A stretch of DNA of 64,000 nt, taken from contig CAYVBQ010000010.1 in assembly GCA_964449775.1 (NCBI GenBank), forward strand, positions 13,654-77,653, read 5' to 3'. Made by a program: the position numbers and the translations under genes. The DNA is from an uncultured Melioribacter sp. GTDB taxonomy: Bacteria > Bacteroidota > Ignavibacteria > Ignavibacteriales > Melioribacteraceae. Under the pieces are notes generated by a model. It was not told where the DNA came from, ran no database searches, and was given only the letters and a program-made list of their open reading frames with translations. Shown piece by piece: positions 7,740 through 17,460 of the stretch; the stretch's first letter is position 1; every line of letters starts with the position of its first letter.

Positions 7740-10700
7740 TTAATTATCTTTTTTCTCTCCATCATTAACAACTTGCATCTCTGACATCTGTTCGTAGAAT
7801 TTCCATTTCTTAAGAACTTCCGCTTGACCTAACTCTAACAGATGCTTAGCTTCTTTTGGATGAGATTTCGTCAACATCTTATATCGTGTTTCGGTATAGA
7901 TGTAATCTTCGAGTTTAATTTTTGGAGCTTTTGAATCCAGCTTCAAAGGATTTTTACCTTCTTTTACATTTGCGGGATTATATCTGAATAAAGGCCAGTG
8001 CCCGCTATCAACCGCGAGTTTATGACTTTCCATTCCCTTAGCCATATTGATACCATGAGCAATACAATGGCTGTAAGCGATTATCATTGAAGGACCATCA
8101 TATGCTTCGGCTTCAAGGAATGCGCGCAGTGTCTGAGCATCATTTGAACCCATTGCAACTTTTGCCACATAGACAGTTCCATAAGTCATTGCCATCATTG
8201 CAAGATCTTTCTTAGCAGTAGTTTTACCAGCCGCTGCAAATTTAGCAACAGCGCCAAAGCTGGTTGATTTAGACATCTGTCCGCCGGTGTTGGAATAAAC
8301 TTCAGTATCAAGAACAAGAATGTTTACATTCTTTCCTGAAGCCAATACATGATCAAGTCCGCCGTAACCAATATCGTATGCCCAACCGTCACCGCCAATA
8401 ATCCAAACAGATTTTTTAACAAGATAATCAGCAACTTCTAACAACTTAGAAGCGTCTTTTGATATTATATTTTCAAGTTTCTTCTTCAATTCAGAAACGC
8501 GTTCTCTTTGTTCGTAAATACCCGATTCATCTTTTTGATTTGCATTTAAAAGCGCATCAATGAATTCTTTACCAAGATCATCAGAAAGTTTTGCAAGTAA
8601 CTCTTTTGCGAATTCTGATTGTTTATCAATCGAAAGTCTCATACCCATTCCAAACTCAGCATTATCCTCGAATAAAGAATTAGCCCAAGCCGGACCGCGT
8701 CCATCTTTATTTTTTGACCAAGGAGTGGTAGGTAAATTTCCGCCATAAATTGATGAACATCCGGTAGCGTTTGCAATTACAGATCTATCACCGAATAATT
8801 GCGACACCAATTTAACGTAGGGAGTTTCTCCGCAACCTGAACAAGCGCCGCTAAACTCAAATAAAGGTTCTTGCAACTGCTGGGCTTTTATCACTGCTGT
8901 ATTGATTAATCGTCTATCGAGTTCAGGTAATTCAAGGAAGTAATCGAAGTTTGCACGCTCTTGTTCTCGTATCGGAATTTGCGGAACCATGTTAAGTGCT
9001 TTGAGTTTTGTTTCTTTTTTATTTTTAGCCGGACAAACTTCAACGCACATTTCGCAGCCGGTACAATCTTCTACCGCAGTCTGAATTGTGTACGCGTATC
9101 CTTCCGGAAATTCTTTTCCTTTGGCTTCCATCCATTTGAACGTTGCCGGTTTATTCTCCACAAATTTTTTGTCGTACACTTTTATTCTAATTGCAGCATG
9201 AGGACAAACCATAGCGCACTTTCCGCATTGAATACACCATTCGGAATCCCAAGCCGGAACTTCGAGCGCAATGTTTCTCTTCTCCCATTTCGTTGTTCCA
9301 ACAGGGAAAGTTCCGTCAATTGGCATCTCGCTTACTTTAACACCATCGCCTTTTCCTTCCATCATCTTGCTAAGGGTAGAACGTACAAAGTCTGGTGCTT
9401 TGGAAGAAACGATTTCTGGAATTTGAATTGTACTTGTAGCTTTTGCAGGAACATCTATCTTGAACAAATTTTCGAGAGTTTCATCAACGGCTTCATAATT
9501 TTTCTTAACGATCTCTTCACCCTTGGCGCCGTATGTTTTCTTAATTGATTTCTTAATCTGTTCAATTGCTTCATCTTTTGGTAATATTTCTGAAATCGCG
9601 AAGAAGCAAGTCTGCATAATTGTATTAACTCTACTTCCCATTCCGGTTTTGTTCGCAACAGCGTAACCATCAATAACGTAGAAGTTTAATTTCTTATCAA
9701 TGATCTGCTGCTGCACTCTGATTGGCATCTTGTCCCAAGTTTCATCTGTGCTGAAAGGACTATTAAGTAGGAAAGTTCCACCCTCCTCAATGTTTCCAAG
9801 TACATCAAATTTTTCAAGAAGTCCAAATGTATGGCAGCCTACAAATTTTGCTGTCTGAATCAAATAAGTTGAGTGAATCTGTTTCTTTCCGAATCTTAAG
9901 TGAGATACTGTAGTTGAACCGGATTTTTTAGAATCGTAAACGAAATAACCCTGTGCGTAATTTTCAGTTTCTTCACCAATGATCTTAATAGAATTCTTAT
10001 TTGCACCAACGGTTCCATCCGCGCCTAATCCATAGAATAAACAGCGAACAACTTCCGGTCCTTCTGTCGTAAAGTTTGCATCATAATCAATACTGGTGAA
10101 AGTCACATCGTCAGTTATTCCAACTGTAAAATGATTTTTAGGTTCAGCTTTTTTCATGTTGTCAAATACACCTTTTACCATCGCAGGCGTAAATTCTTTT
10201 GAAGAGAGACCGTAACGTCCTCCTACAATTTTAGGCATCTTTGCAAATGGAGGAGTATTTGTACTCATTGCCTCTGCAATTGCGGCAACTACATCGAGAT
10301 ACAAAGGTTCACCGAGTGAGCCGGGTTCTTTTGTTCTATCAAGAACAGTAATGGTTTCAACTGTTTTCGGAAAAGCTGCGAGCAGATGTTTTGCAGAGAA
10401 TGGACGGTACAATCTAACTTTAATGATACCAACTTTCTCTTCCATTTTTTGTGTTAAATACTCAGCAGTTTCTTCTGCAGCTTCAGCGCCGGAACCCATG
10501 AGTATAATAACGCGCTTTGCATCCGGAGCGCCGTAATAATCAAACAAATGATATTGGCGGCCTGTAATTTGAGCAAACTTATCCATTGCATTCTGTACGA
10601 TATCCGGGCATGCATCATAAAATTTATTAACTGTCTCTCTTCCTTGGAAATAAACATCAGGATTCTGAGCTGTACCGCGTATTGATGGACGATCGGAGCT

Positions 10701-11324
10701 CAACGATCTTTCTCTAAATTCTTTTACTTTTTCATCGTCAATCATCGCGCGTATATCATCATCGGTCAGTTCTTCCATTTTCATAACTTCAGCCGAAGTT
10801 CTGAATCCATCAAAGAAATGAATGAAAGGAATTCTTGATTCAAGTGTAGCTTTATGAACAATTGCAGCAGTATCCATAACCTCTTGAACTGAATTAGATG
10901 CAATCAACCCAAAACCCGTTTGACGCGTAGCCATCACATCACTATGATCGCCAAAAATAGAAAGAGCCGCAGCAGCAATTGAGCGCGCACTTACATGAAA
11001 AACTGTAGGAGTTAATTCGCCGGCAATTTTATACATGTTCGGAATCATCAAGAATAAACCTTGAGATGCAGTGAAGGTTGTAGTCAAAGCACCAGTTTGA
11101 AGGGCACCATGAACAGCACCGGCAGCTCCACCTTCACTTTGCATTTCTGTCACACCTGGAACAGTTCCCCAAATATTCTTAATACGATTTGCCGACCATG
11201 CATCGGACAATTCACCCATTGTTGAAGATGGTGTTATGGGATAGATAGCAATAACCTCGCTCACACGATAGGCTACGTGAGCAGCTGCCTCATTTCCATC
11301 AATAGTTATTTTTCTTCTTTCCAT
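7740..11324 (-). CDS. nifJ: pyruvate:ferredoxin (flavodoxin) oxidoreductase, single-polypeptide type
   Basis: A 1194-aa protein with the N-terminal ITIDGNEAAAHVAYR segment, two ferredoxin motifs (CIQCGKCAMVCP, CTGCEMCVEVCP) and the TPP motif GGDGWAYDIGYGGLDH. Confidence 0.97.
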   Translation of the reverse strand: MERRKITIDGNEAAAHVAYRVSEVIAIYPITPSSTMGELSDAWSANRIKNIWGTVPGVTEMQSEGGAAGAVHGALQTGALTTTFTASQGLFLMIPNMYKIAGELTPTVFHVSARSIAAAALSIFGDHSDVMATRQTGFGLIASNSVQEVMDTAAIVHKATLESRIPFIHFFDGFRTSAEVMKMEELTDDDIRAMIDDEKVKEFRERSLSSDRPSIRGTAQNPDVYFQGRETVNKFYDACPDIVQNAMDKFAQITGRQYHLFDYYGAPDAKRVIILMGSGAEAAEETAEYLTQKMEEKVGIIKVRLYRPFSAKHLLAAFPKTVETITVLDRTKEPGSLGEPLYLDVVAAIAEAMSTNTPPFAKMPKIVGGRYGLSSKEFTPAMVKGVFDNMKKAEPKNHFTVGITDDVTFTSIDYDANFTTEGPEVVRCLFYGLGADGTVGANKNSIKIIGEETENYAQGYFVYDSKKSGSTTVSHLRFGKKQIHSTYLIQTAKFVGCHTFGLLEKFDVLGNIEEGGTFLLNSPFSTDETWDKMPIRVQQQIIDKKLNFYVIDGYAVANKTGMGSRVNTIMQTCFFAISEILPKDEAIEQIKKSIKKTYGAKGEEIVKKNYEAVDETLENLFKIDVPAKATSTIQIPEIVSSKAPDFVRSTLSKMMEGKGDGVKVSEMPIDGTFPVGTTKWEKRNIALEVPAWDSEWCIQCGKCAMVCPHAAIRIKVYDKKFVENKPATFKWMEAKGKEFPEGYAYTIQTAVEDCTGCEMCVEVCPAKNKKETKLKALNMVPQIPIREQERANFDYFLELPELDRRLINTAVIKAQQLQEPLFEFSGACSGCGETPYVKLVSQLFGDRSVIANATGCSSIYGGNLPTTPWSKNKDGRGPAWANSLFEDNAEFGMGMRLSIDKQSEFAKELLAKLSDDLGKEFIDALLNANQKDESGIYEQRERVSELKKKLENIISKDASKLLEVADYLVKKSVWIIGGDGWAYDIGYGGLDHVLASGKNVNILVLDTEVYSNTGGQMSKSTSFGAVAKFAAAGKTTAKKDLAMMAMTYGTVYVAKVAMGSNDAQTLRAFLEAEAYDGPSMIIAYSHCIAHGINMAKGMESHKLAVDSGHWPLFRYNPANVKEGKNPLKLDSKAPKIKLEDYIYTETRYKMLTKSHPKEAKHLLELGQAEVLKKWKFYEQMSEMQVVNDGEKKDN

Positions 11325-11669
11325 TTATTCCTCAGATTTATATTAAAATATAATTTTTGTATTAAAACCAACCTCGTTGTTCAAATATCTTGCCATACGA
11401 GATAGTGTTTTACCCTTTGAATAGACCACTTTTCACAACTTTCAGTCGAAATAAATTATAAAGTTCCTTTTTTTAGAAAAAGGTCGTTAATAAATCTTAT
11501 TTATAAGAAATTTTGAAAGCGAGTGCAATAATAGATATTCGATAGGAGAAAATAAAGACGTGTCTGTCTATATATTTTGCTTTGAAAGAAAGTTGCTTAT
11601 CGAATTGTATTTGTGAGTTTTATATGTAGAGAAAAACTTAGATCATAAAATCATTTCATGGAAAAAATA

Positions 11670-12599
11670 TTACATGAACAACGCATTGACAAATTCTTCC
11701 GGGTCAAATTCTTGCAAATCTTCTATTCCCTCTCCAATCCCAATATACCGAATCGGAATTTTTTTCTCGGAAGCTATTTGCAGAACAGAACCACCTTTAG
11801 CAGTCCCGTCAAGTTTGGTTATTATAACTCCAGTTAGATTGGCGAATTTGTTAAACTCTTCAAATTGTCTAATAACATTTTGACCCGAATTTCCATCTAC
11901 TACTAGAAGACATTCATGAGGTGCTCCAGGGAGTAAATTAGAAATAACTCCGATAATTTTATTCAGTTCTAACATGAGGTTTTTATTATTGTGTAGTCTT
12001 CCGGCTGTGTCTATGAGTACAATATCATAATTCTTTGATAAAGCAGATTGAACGGTTTCGTAAACAACAGCAGAAGGATCTTTTGAGATGTCTTCGATTA
12101 AATCAACTCCGGCTTTAGTTGCCCAGCTCTTAAGCTGATCATTTGCAGCTGCGCGGAAAGTATCGGCTGATCCGATGATAACTTTTTTACCTTTAGATTT
12201 ATACTTGTGGGCTAATTTCCCGATTGTCGTGGATTTTCCAGAACCATTAATCCCTATGATGAGAATTACTTGTACCTTATTCAAAGGTATATTTGAGTTA
12301 TCTCTAAAATCCCGAGATTGTGGTGGAATAAGTTTAAGAAGTTCGTTTTTTAGTATCTCTTTAATTTTCTCCAGCGTCCTGTCTTGTTCCTTGAATAGAG
12401 AGGATTTAGCGTTGTTAATTAATTGTTCTGTAAGCCCGCTTCCAAGATCGCTGCTAATTAGTATTTCTTCTAAATCCTCTAATGTTCCTTCATCAATCTT
12501 AGCTTTTCTAGTTATAACCTCAGAAATTTTTGTTGCAATACTTTCTCGGGTTCTGGTTAATCCATCTTTTAATTTTTTGAGGTTAGAAAATAGTTTCAT
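11670..12599 (-). CDS. ftsY: signal recognition particle receptor FtsY
   Basis: SRP GTPase motifs GINGSGKSTT, DTAGR and TKLDGTAKGG are present. I place the start at MKLFSNLKKL (ATG 12599) rather than the longer ORF. Confidence 0.92.
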   Translation of the reverse strand: MKLFSNLKKLKDGLTRTRESIATKISEVITRKAKIDEGTLEDLEEILISSDLGSGLTEQLINNAKSSLFKEQDRTLEKIKEILKNELLKLIPPQSRDFRDNSNIPLNKVQVILIIGINGSGKSTTIGKLAHKYKSKGKKVIIGSADTFRAAANDQLKSWATKAGVDLIEDISKDPSAVVYETVQSALSKNYDIVLIDTAGRLHNNKNLMLELNKIIGVISNLLPGAPHECLLVVDGNSGQNVIRQFEEFNKFANLTGVIITKLDGTAKGGSVLQIASEKKIPIRYIGIGEGIEDLQEFDPEEFVNALFM

Positions 12600-13161
12600 T
12601 TTTTTTCCAGTGTAATATTTCAAATGCTCGAATAGAATATCCAATAAGTGAAGCAAAGCATAAGACTAAGCTAGTGATCATAACTCCTTGATATAAAACA
12701 CTTAAGTGATTTAGCTGAAGCAAAGTAATGATAATAAAGACACCAATAGAGAATACTGTAATTTTACCCAGACGATTTGAGGGCAGTACCTTCCCTGCCT
12801 TTTTCTTAATCAGTAATCCACCGCTAAAAATGAATACATCCCGGAAGATCACGACCCAAAAATAGAACGGCGGGATCATATCCATCGTGAAAAGATTGAA
12901 TACGATAAATGCAATAAGAATCTTATCAGCCAATGGATCTATTATTTTGCCGAGCTCAGATATTTGATTAGTTTTTCTAGCAACATATCCATCCAAAATA
13001 TCTGAGAAGAATGCAATCATAATTACAAACAGAATGTAATATCTATAATCGTTGTCAACACGCATAAGGTCGAATAGATAGATAAAAGGAATGAACAAGA
13101 GTAACCTGAATAGGCTGATGAGATTTGGTAATAGATATATTTCCTTTAATAATTTTTTCAT
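12583..13161 (-). CDS. pgsA: CDP-alcohol phosphatidyltransferase (PgsA-like)
   Basis: It carries the signature DGYVARKTNQISELGKIIDPLADK and is a multi-TM protein of 192 aa. Confidence 0.8.
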   Translation of the reverse strand: MKKLLKEIYLLPNLISLFRLLLFIPFIYLFDLMRVDNDYRYYILFVIMIAFFSDILDGYVARKTNQISELGKIIDPLADKILIAFIVFNLFTMDMIPPFYFWVVIFRDVFIFSGGLLIKKKAGKVLPSNRLGKITVFSIGVFIIITLLQLNHLSVLYQGVMITSLVLCFASLIGYSIRAFEILHWKKNETIF

Positions 13162-13190
13162 GCTCTTGCCAAGAATTCTCTCAAAATCAA

Positions 13191-14663
13191 TTAATCTTCA
13201 TAAACATTTTTAGTGATTAACTTATCAATTGCCACCGGATAATCACCGGAAAAACAAGCTGTACAAAATTTATCCGGTGTGTGATCAACCATTGCTTCCA
13301 ACAACTCATCAATTGACAAGTATTCTATGCTATCCACCTCAAGATATTTTCTTATCTCTTCGATATTAACATCAAATTTGTAGGCTATCAATTCTTCTTT
13401 TGAAGGGAAATCCATTCCATAATAGCATGGACTGATAATTGGCGGTGAAGAAATTCTTAAATGAATTGCTTTTGGATTGGCTTCCCTTAATAACTTAACC
13501 AATTGTTTGGAAGTTGTACCCCTCACTATTGAGTCGTCAATCAACACAACAGTTTTATCCTCAAGAACACCTTTAACAGTGTTAAATTTTATCTTTACAC
13601 CAATCTCTCTTGCACGCTGGCCTGGAATAATAAATGTTCTACCAATATAGTGGCTTCTGATTAATCCAATTTCAAGTTTAGAAGGGACACCCTGCTTAAC
13701 TAGTTGTGCTTGATATCCGATTGCAGCTGTGTTTGAACTATCGGGAACGCTGATAACAATGACTTTTTCCCCATCATTATCAACAACGGGATGTTTCTGT
13801 GCAAGCACTTTGCCTAACTTTCTTCTCATCTTATCGACGTTTGCACCAAAAACTCTACTATCCGGTCTTGAAAAATAGATATACTCGAAGATGCAATGCT
13901 TTGTTGGAAATAGTCTCTCATGAATTCTGAAAGATTTTACTTCATTTGATTGTGTCACTTCATTATCAATAACAACCATTTCGCCGGGCTCAATATCTCT
14001 TACATACTGTGCCGAATTAATATCGAGCGCACATGTTTCGGATGTAATTATAAATGATTCATGGATTTTCCCAATACATAGCGGTCGGAAACCATGAGGA
14101 TCTCTCGCAGCAATTAATTTATCATTGGTCAAAATAACAATACTGTATGCACCTTCTACTTTCTGAAGTGCCTCTTTGATTTGATCGATCTGGTTTTCAA
14201 GCCGGCTTCGAGCAATCAAATGCAAGATTACTTCTGTATCGCTTGTTGTTTGAAAAATCGCTCCATCATTTACCAACTCTTCACGCAGCTGTTTTGCGTT
14301 AGTTAAATTTCCATTGTGTGCGATGGCAAGATGACCTAAACGATAATTCACTGTGAAAGGTTGAATATTTTTAGAAGACCCAGATGAACCTGTAGTTGAA
14401 TAACGATTATGACCAATTGCGCATTCACCAACAAGAACATTCTCGAATATTTTGTCATCATTAAAAATTTCGGATACTAAACCAAGGTTTCGATGAACAT
14501 TAAATACCGGTTTACCTTTGCCATTAGTAGAAGATACGACTATACCAGCAGCTTCTTGACCCCGATGTTGTAATGATAATAATCCGTAATAAGTTGTTAA
14601 TGCTGCATCTTTGGATGCATAAATTCCGAATACACCACAATTGCATCTTGGTTTATCAATCAT
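13191..14663 (-). CDS. purF: amidophosphoribosyltransferase
   Basis: A short propeptide MIDKPRCN precedes the Ntn Cys (CGVFGIY). The PRPP loop VVLIDDSIVRGTT and C-terminal Fe-S cysteines (CYYG, CTACFSG) are present. I trimmed the start to ATG 14663 because the longer ORF overlaps tRNA-Pro. Confidence 0.93.
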   Translation of the reverse strand: MIDKPRCNCGVFGIYASKDAALTTYYGLLSLQHRGQEAAGIVVSSTNGKGKPVFNVHRNLGLVSEIFNDDKIFENVLVGECAIGHNRYSTTGSSGSSKNIQPFTVNYRLGHLAIAHNGNLTNAKQLREELVNDGAIFQTTSDTEVILHLIARSRLENQIDQIKEALQKVEGAYSIVILTNDKLIAARDPHGFRPLCIGKIHESFIITSETCALDINSAQYVRDIEPGEMVVIDNEVTQSNEVKSFRIHERLFPTKHCIFEYIYFSRPDSRVFGANVDKMRRKLGKVLAQKHPVVDNDGEKVIVISVPDSSNTAAIGYQAQLVKQGVPSKLEIGLIRSHYIGRTFIIPGQRAREIGVKIKFNTVKGVLEDKTVVLIDDSIVRGTTSKQLVKLLREANPKAIHLRISSPPIISPCYYGMDFPSKEELIAYKFDVNIEEIRKYLEVDSIEYLSIDELLEAMVDHTPDKFCTACFSGDYPVAIDKLITKNVYED

Positions 14664-14720
14664 AAAAAATGAAAATTCCTTAATTATAAAAAAGGCACAT
14701 AAAACTGTGCCTGTAAGAAG

Positions 14721-14794
14721 TCGGAACGGCGGGATTTGAACCCGCGACCCCTTGAACCCCATTCAAGTACGCTACCGGACTGCGCCACGTTCCG
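14721..14794 (-). tRNA. tRNA-Pro (anticodon GGG)
   Basis: The reverse complement is CGGAACGTGGCGCAGTCCGGTAGCGTACTTGAATGGGGTTCAAGGGGTCGCGGGTTCAAATCCCGCCGTTCCGA. It has a perfect 7-bp acceptor, an anticodon loop ATGGGGT and a T arm GCGGG-TTCAAAT-CCCGC. Confidence 0.92.
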
Positions 14795-15170
14795 TTTCAA
14801 GTGTTGAATTCAAATAAAGTAAAAAGTTTTTTAACTCTTCAAGATCTTTTTTGATTGGTCTTGGAGAAATAATTTTTGTGCTAGTTGCCTTCGGTTCGCC
14901 AGAATTAAATGATGGATTCTCTAATTGTAGATCAACTAAAATTTTCTTTGCACCTTCGATAGTATATTTTTCTTCACGCAGCAATCTCTTTATCTGAAGA
15001 ATTAGTTTAATATCCTTGTTTGTATAAATTCTGTTCCCGGCTCTATTTTTCCCGGGCTTCAATTGTTCAAATTCAGTTTCCCAATAACGTAAGATATATT
15101 GTTCAAGACTCGTGAGTTTACTCACTTCACTTATGGAGTAGTACAATTTTTTCAATCCAAAGTCTTTCAC
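14772..15170 (-). CDS. MerR family transcriptional regulator
   Basis: The N-terminal wHTH YYSISEVSKLTSLEQYILRYWETEF..L.P.KNRAGNRIYT is typical of MerR/CarA-type regulators. The last 7 codons overlap tRNA-Pro. Confidence 0.8.
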   Translation of the reverse strand: MKDFGLKKLYYSISEVSKLTSLEQYILRYWETEFEQLKPGKNRAGNRIYTNKDIKLILQIKRLLREEKYTIEGAKKILVDLQLENPSFNSGEPKATSTKIISPRPIKKDLEELKNFLLYLNSTLETERGAVR

Positions 15171-15273
15171 TTCAGTAATCCTTTTTTGCTATTAGTAAAA
15201 TAGGTTTTGTTATATGAATCCGCAAGGAATAGTAAATGAACAATTGAAATTCAGTTCAATAAGAAAAGAATTA

Positions 15274-15702
15274 TTACCTTTTTGAAATCATTTTTGTCAA
15301 TGAATAGACTGCCGCAAAATAACTAATCTCCTGGAGTCCCGAAATATATCCAGAAACTTTTGACGCCGTGATCAGATTATTTCTAAATTCTTCTCTCGCA
15401 GATAAATTTGATAAGTGAACCTCAATTTTTGGAATTTTCAAAATCTCCAATGCGTCACGTAAAGCAATGGAGGAATGAGAATACCCGCCCGGATTTATAA
15501 TAACACCATCAAATGTATCCGCACTTTGAATATGATCTATTAATTCGTTTTCGGAATTGGATTGCACAAAAGTGAAATCAATCTCCTGAAATTCATCTCT
15601 TATAGCTTGAGAAATCGAAGCCAATGAGAGCGACCCATAATTATTTTTGTCGCGTTTCTCCAGCATATTGAGATTTGGTCCATTAATAATCAGTACTTTC
15701 AT
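15274..15702 (-). CDS. aroQ: type II 3-dehydroquinate dehydratase
   Basis: A 142-aa protein with the characteristic segments MKVLIINGPNLNMLE, IINPGGYSHSS and VHLSN. Confidence 0.93.
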   Translation of the reverse strand: MKVLIINGPNLNMLEKRDKNNYGSLSLASISQAIRDEFQEIDFTFVQSNSENELIDHIQSADTFDGVIINPGGYSHSSIALRDALEILKIPKIEVHLSNLSAREEFRNNLITASKVSGYISGLQEISYFAAVYSLTKMISKR

Positions 15703-15971
15703 TATTTATCCGTTATCTCTTCTATTATTTCTCTAATCCTAGGTTGAATATAATGCTCCTTAATACCTAAATCTTTCAAAGCGGCTGTAAGAATCATAAC
15801 CTTCTTTTGAAGAGTCGAAAGTTTATTAATGACTATCGTTTTATCCTCTCGAAGAATACAATATCCACCTTTAAAATCACCTCTCTCATATCTTACTTTT
15901 GCACCCATCTCTTGGGCTAATTGTTTAAGATCTTGAAGGATGGACTCAAATTCTTTCTCTTTAATTTTCAT
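15702..15971 (-). CDS. hypothetical protein (89 aa)
   Basis: Its ends overlap both neighbours (aroQ and the upstream membrane protein gene), suggesting translational coupling. I recognise no motif. Confidence 0.5.
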   Translation of the reverse strand: MKIKEKEFESILQDLKQLAQEMGAKVRYERGDFKGGYCILREDKTIVINKLSTLQKKVMILTAALKDLGIKEHYIQPRIREIIEEITDK

Positions 15972-16482
15972 TTTTCTTTCTTAATGGTTGGAATAAATAT
16001 AGAAAAATGATTACCGCAAATGTAAATACTTCAATTAAAGAAAAACTGCTCAGGACAATCATTCTCTCTTTAATTAGTTCGGAGATTGCATTTATTGGCG
16101 CTGAGTTAGACATTATCATTGAAACAATTTTTAAATCTATTGTGGATAAATAAATTTCGAAAGGTGCAGTTATAACAATGATAATGATAATGGCGAATAA
16201 CCAACCTTCATACTTAATTTTTATTTTAGATGTAACAAAGAAAACAACAGATGAGATTAGGAAAGTCGTGTATGTTATAAGATTCAATATGAGAACGGGT
16301 GCAATTGTCGGATAGACAAAAGCTAAATTCTGGTCGTTATACATAGATTTGAAATCTAAGCCGTTTGGCTCAAATAATTGATAAATTATAATTTGACGGG
16401 CAACATAACCACCTAAAAAGAGGGAGAAAAAAAGAATTGCCGGAAATAAAAATATTTTTGAAACTAAACTTAATTTTGCCAT
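15961..16482 (-). CDS. hypothetical integral membrane protein (173 aa)
   Basis: The translation shows four to five hydrophobic segments, and the gene lies in an operon with aroQ. Confidence 0.55.
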   Translation of the reverse strand: MAKLSLVSKIFLFPAILFFSLFLGGYVARQIIIYQLFEPNGLDFKSMYNDQNLAFVYPTIAPVLILNLITYTTFLISSVVFFVTSKIKIKYEGWLFAIIIIIVITAPFEIYLSTIDLKIVSMIMSNSAPINAISELIKERMIVLSSFSLIEVFTFAVIIFLYLFQPLRKKNEN

Positions 16483-16608
16483 TGTATTGAATTCTTTTGT
16501 ACAATAATAAAAAAAAACTATGACTATTGCCTCTATTGATATCGGTTCGAATACAGTTGTTAGCAGTAAAGGATTACGTTTGGGAACAGTGATCGATTAT
16601 TTAATAAA

Positions 16609-16737
16609 GGGTAGTTCTAAAAACTTCTCACGAAGTGATGGATACCCAAAAATTCTTCGCGTACTTTGCGATCCGCCGCGGCGGACTCTGCGCTCTTTGC
16701 GTTTAGGCTTTCAATAAGTTGGTTTTTAGAACCACCC
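16609..16737 (+). mobile_element. MITE-like element, copy B (129 bp)
   Basis: The TIRs are GGGTAGTTCTAAAAAC (16609-16624) and GTTTTTAGAACCACCC (16722-16737). TAAA occurs immediately on both flanks and may be a target-site duplication. The interior carries the GC-rich hairpin CCGCCGCGGCGG. Confidence 0.75.
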
Positions 16738-16744
16738 TAAAGAA

Positions 16745-17449
16745 TCAGTTGATGAATGCAGAGAGATAAACTATCAATATTGTTAAGCCCGAAAAACCGA
16801 TCAAGCCAAGCGCTAAAGAATAGATAAGATTCTTTGTCTGTGCATATGTAGAAGTAATAAATAAAAAAGCACTCCATAAATACATTAATATTTCTATAAT
16901 GAAAATTACCAGCGCTGCTTGCGGTTTCACTATGAATGGCGAAGGATTGAATGTAAGCCAGTATTCTCCAAACAGCGCAAATTGAATTGGGGTTAATACC
17001 AGAAGAGCCATTATGAGAGGCGTAAAAGAAAAGAAATAGATTGAAAGTGCGTCTCTGATTCTACCTTGAATACCGTATTTATTATTGAGAAGAGTTATGA
17101 GGAGTGCAAATATAGGAACTGTAACTAGAAACGGAATGCCGCCGGAAATAACTCCATTAATGAATGTGTAGCTTCCATTTCCTTCAGTATGGAAAGCATT
17201 CATTAAAATGAGAGAGATTAAGGAAAATTTGATAGCCGTTATAATTGCACATGTAGCTACAAAATTTTTATTCTCTGCCTGAATTATATTCCGAGCAGCA
17301 GTTACGGGTGAATAGAATAATTTCCATAGCGTATCCCAAAAGTCAATATTCACAATCCTTGCGCGCAAGAAAGATTTACATTCAGAACAAGTAAGTTGAT
17401 AGAAGGAATTCTCTTTTCCACAATTATTACAAATCAAAACATTTTTCAT
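16745..17449 (-). CDS. zinc-ribbon plus Yip1-like multi-TM membrane protein
   Basis: An N-terminal zinc ribbon (CNNCGKEN..CSECKSF) is followed by five hydrophobic helices. Confidence 0.65.
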   Translation of the reverse strand: MKNVLICNNCGKENSFYQLTCSECKSFLRARIVNIDFWDTLWKLFYSPVTAARNIIQAENKNFVATCAIITAIKFSLISLILMNAFHTEGNGSYTFINGVISGGIPFLVTVPIFALLITLLNNKYGIQGRIRDALSIYFFSFTPLIMALLVLTPIQFALFGEYWLTFNPSPFIVKPQAALVIFIIEILMYLWSAFLFITSTYAQTKNLIYSLALGLIGFSGLTILIVYLSAFIN

Positions 17450-17460
17450 ATCTAACCGGG

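Noticed and set aside
8961-9548. 195-aa plus-strand ORF inside the PFOR gene
   Set aside because: It is antisense to a 1194-aa gene with unambiguous motifs. The Cys/Phe-rich low-complexity translation is typical of shadow ORFs.
11465-11490. Hairpin CCTTTTT-TTAG-AAAAAGG as the ftsY terminator
   Set aside because: It lies about 180 nt past the ftsY stop. It is an AT-only 7-bp stem with no U-tract on the minus strand, so the evidence is too weak to annotate.
12175-12615. 146-aa plus-strand ORF inside ftsY
   Set aside because: It is a shadow ORF antisense to ftsY with no motifs.
12600-12656. Longer ftsY start at 12656
   Set aside because: The extension overlaps the pgsA-like gene by 74 nt. The MKLFSNLKKLKDGL N-terminus is typical of FtsY, but I cannot prove the choice.
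14664-14762. N-terminal 33-codon extension of the purF ORF call (MGFKGSRVQIPPFRLL...)
   Set aside because: The extension is the antisense-frame translation of tRNA-Pro (14721-14794). PurF homology begins at MIDKPRCNCGVFGIY, so the start is set at 14663.
16141-16149. Replication origin near parAB (DnaA box TGTGGATAA)
   Set aside because: I found only a single box, and it lies inside a coding region. There is no cluster of boxes, no AT-rich unwinding element and no dnaA/dnaN nearby. I also found no TGTTTCACGTGAAACA-like parS site by eye.
16520-16717. 65-aa ORF at 16520-16717
   Set aside because: Most of it is a translation of MITE copy B, including its GC-rich palindrome.
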